Shown: positions 61,996 to 64,000 of the stretch, one piece after another
Position numbering within the stretch: the stretch's first letter is position 1
Layout of the letters: the number at the start of each line of letters is the position of its first letter
Source of the DNA: Macrostomum lignano
Taxonomy: Eukaryota
Reading direction: 5' to 3'
DNA length: 64,000 nucleotides
Assembly (NCBI GenBank): GCA_002269645.1
Contig: NIVC01000330.1
Coordinates: forward strand, 1-64,000
The notes under the pieces: model-generated
The model's database searches: none
Seen by the model: only the letters and a program-made list of their open reading frames with translations
Told to the model about the DNA's origin: nothing
Position numbers and translations under genes: made by a program

Positions 61996-63999
61996 TCAGC
62001 CAATGCTATTAATAATGTTCATATTGACTGCATGACAGTTGTTGATAAAGCTGAACAGCAGCTGGTAGTGCTTAGGCGTGGGCTGTCTAATAAAGACCCA
62101 GAAACCGCAAATCTGCATACAGACGTATTGGATACCATTGATCTGTTTCGATTCAGTGAACAGAGTGCCTTCATCGCTGATGCAGTGGGTCTTCTGCACC
62201 TTGGCACTGTTTTCGCCTGACGCCGGCCAACACCTGTACTTATAGTTGGCGTCGCGCCATGTGTCCATAGCGGCGTGCCAAGTGCCATTGTGTTCGCACG
62301 AGTGTTTTACAAATAGGGCACCAGATCTTGTTCGGAGGCACTTGTACATCAGCATCCCGTTGGACCAGTACTCTCGGTCAATAGGCAGAACAGTGAATGC
62401 ACCTTCGTCGTCCCTGTACCAGCAAGCTACACTTGTACTCCATTCGTACCGTCCTCTGCGTTCGTTGAAGTCGCATCGCAGAACGCGGTTTTTTGCAGCG
62501 CTTGCGACAGAGCCGTTTCGTGACAATATGCTGCTCGGCGAAACGGTTGAGTTAGTCCCGCTTGGTGCTTGCAGCCAGCAGCCGGCATCAATTGTTGTCA
62601 CTCCGCCACTGGAGGTCGAGACGCACTGCTTAGTCAATCCTGTAGTCTCTTCTGTCCATACATCTCCCTCAATGTAAATGCGACGATTGGCTTGAGAGAA
62701 GCAGACAAGCATTTTGAGATTGGGTTCACTGTAGCGTCGATACTCGCAAATAGCCGCCGCAGTGCCAGAGTGATTGTAAACAGAGCTGAATTTTCTTATA
62801 ACAATAGATTGATTCTGATGGTCGCTGAACCAGCAACCCACCGGCTTGACCCAAGAATAAGCCGCACCGCTTCCTTGCCTATCATTGTGTGCACACTCCC
62901 AGACAATTCCGTCCTCCGAATGTTTTCTGGTTCCAGGTGAAACAATACCCGTTTCCAGCGGACAGCCGAATACGATCCACTTAGCGTCGACGCCATCGGA
63001 ATAAGTTGCAGCCGGATCGCACTCTTGAATCGTAGAACCGATTTTGATTCTCTCTTTTGGAAATGCAATTTGAGAACTGCTCCAGTTTAGCAATGATGCT
63101 TGGCTATCCTTAAAGCACACCTCGACAGTAAACTCCACGCGACGTGAGTATCTTTTCTTTCGGCAAGTTGCAACAGTCTGATTCCTCGTAAGCTGAAAAG
63201 CTTCTCCATTAGCTATTGTGATGCGTTGTCCACTAGAGTCATGCATCCAGCATCCCGCAATTTCTTCAAAATTGTACTCTCTCCGGTAGCTATTGTAGCT
63301 GCATTCATAAACAAGTAATTCTTTATCAAAATACAAAGCTCCAGGAGCCACTTTGTCGTCACCAACCTTGTTATAACATCCCCGGAGGATAGTTTCCGCC
63401 CCGACGCCGAACTTAGAGGACTGATCGGCCATCGGAATGCACGTCCGATTGAATCCACTGTCGTCAGTCCAGTTCTCGTAAGGTAGTCTATATTTGGCGC
63501 CCTTGCCAACATTTTTAAAGCAGACCATCTCGAGGAGAGCGACTTCTTCGCGATAACGCCGTTTTTCACATTTTGCTATGCAAGTTCCATCACTGAGACA
63601 AATTTTATCGCCAACATTCATATTTCCCCTGAAATTGATAAGGCTTTGAAACTGGGGGTCCTTCGGCCAGCATCCCACAGCCTCAAACCATCCGTACTCT
63701 GACCTGTACCTATTAAAGGCGCATCGCCAAACACTTCCATCTTCCATTCTTGCCACAGACCCTGGGTTAAAATGACTTCCATTATGATTGCAAGCTCGCA
63801 AAATGACTCGAGCGCTGAGCAGCTCCGATGGTTTGGCAGGCAGACACTCCCTCTGGATGCCGTCACTGTCAGTCCAATTGCTGCCAGCAGAGCGAAATAC
63901 AACACCAGTGGTGCCATTTTCGATGCACATGTAATGCACCAAGGCCTCTCCGCTGTATCTCTGTCGACAGGTAGCAAACTTTTCCCGAATACTTTGCAA
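61996..63999 (-). CDS. Large intronless ORF (5' end outside the window) encoding tandem ~135-aa cysteine-patterned repeats; probably extracellular
   Basis: 667 open codons to the window edge. The repeat pattern is C..RRY...VCF...W.D..G...C...GC...PG...VW.C..N..R..Y.W...GCW in about 4.5 copies, with many N-x-S/T sequons. Confidence 0.8.
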   Translation of the reverse strand: MQSIREKFATCRQRYSGEALVHYMCIENGTTGVVFRSAGSNWTDSDGIQRECLPAKPSELLSARVILRACNHNGSHFNPGSVARMEDGSVWRCAFNRYRSEYGWFEAVGCWPKDPQFQSLINFRGNMNVGDKICLSDGTCIAKCEKRRYREEVALLEMVCFKNVGKGAKYRLPYENWTDDSGFNRTCIPMADQSSKFGVGAETILRGCYNKVGDDKVAPGALYFDKELLVYECSYNSYRREYNFEEIAGCWMHDSSGQRITIANGEAFQLTRNQTVATCRKKRYSRRVEFTVEVCFKDSQASLLNWSSSQIAFPKERIKIGSTIQECDPAATYSDGVDAKWIVFGCPLETGIVSPGTRKHSEDGIVWECAHNDRQGSGAAYSWVKPVGCWFSDHQNQSIVIRKFSSVYNHSGTAAAICEYRRYSEPNLKMLVCFSQANRRIYIEGDVWTEETTGLTKQCVSTSSGGVTTIDAGCWLQAPSGTNSTVSPSSILSRNGSVASAAKNRVLRCDFNERRGRYEWSTSVACWYRDDEGAFTVLPIDREYWSNGMLMYKCLRTRSGALFVKHSCEHNGTWHAAMDTWRDANYKYRCWPASGENSAKVQKTHCISDEGTLFTESKQINGIQYVCMQICGFWVFIRQPTPKHYQLLFSFINNCHAVNMNIINSIG

Positions 64000-64000
64000 G

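Overview
Eukaryotic (metazoan) genomic DNA, with no prokaryotic or CRISPR features. GC-rich coding exons are separated by introns packed with minisatellites. This architecture resembles the flatworm Macrostomum lignano, but the species assignment is inference only. Left half: a plus-strand run of spliced genes encoding an inositol-trisphosphate 3-kinase (with two compensating frameshifts), mitochondrial ribosomal protein L4, alkyl-DHAP synthase (AGPS, ending in the PTS1-type signal AKL) and an unknown coiled-coil protein. A near-identical tandem duplication (~15.36-23.69 kb repeated at ~23.70-32.78 kb) copies the last AGPS exon and the coiled-coil gene. Right half: four six-exon gamma-glutamyltranspeptidase (GGT) paralogs, one on + and three on -. 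They show mosaic similarity and GC/GT donor switching, and one copy has a poly-Val anchor encoded by a microsatellite plus a frameshift. Mobile elements include nested Tc1 derivatives, a decayed mariner, tRNA-derived SINEs and a decayed Crypton-type tyrosine-recombinase element preceded by a 145-bp hairpin with three tandem GA/GA mismatches. A >2 kb intronless ORF of ~135-aa Cys-patterned repeats runs off the window end. Most repeat-derived ORFs in the supplied track are spurious.
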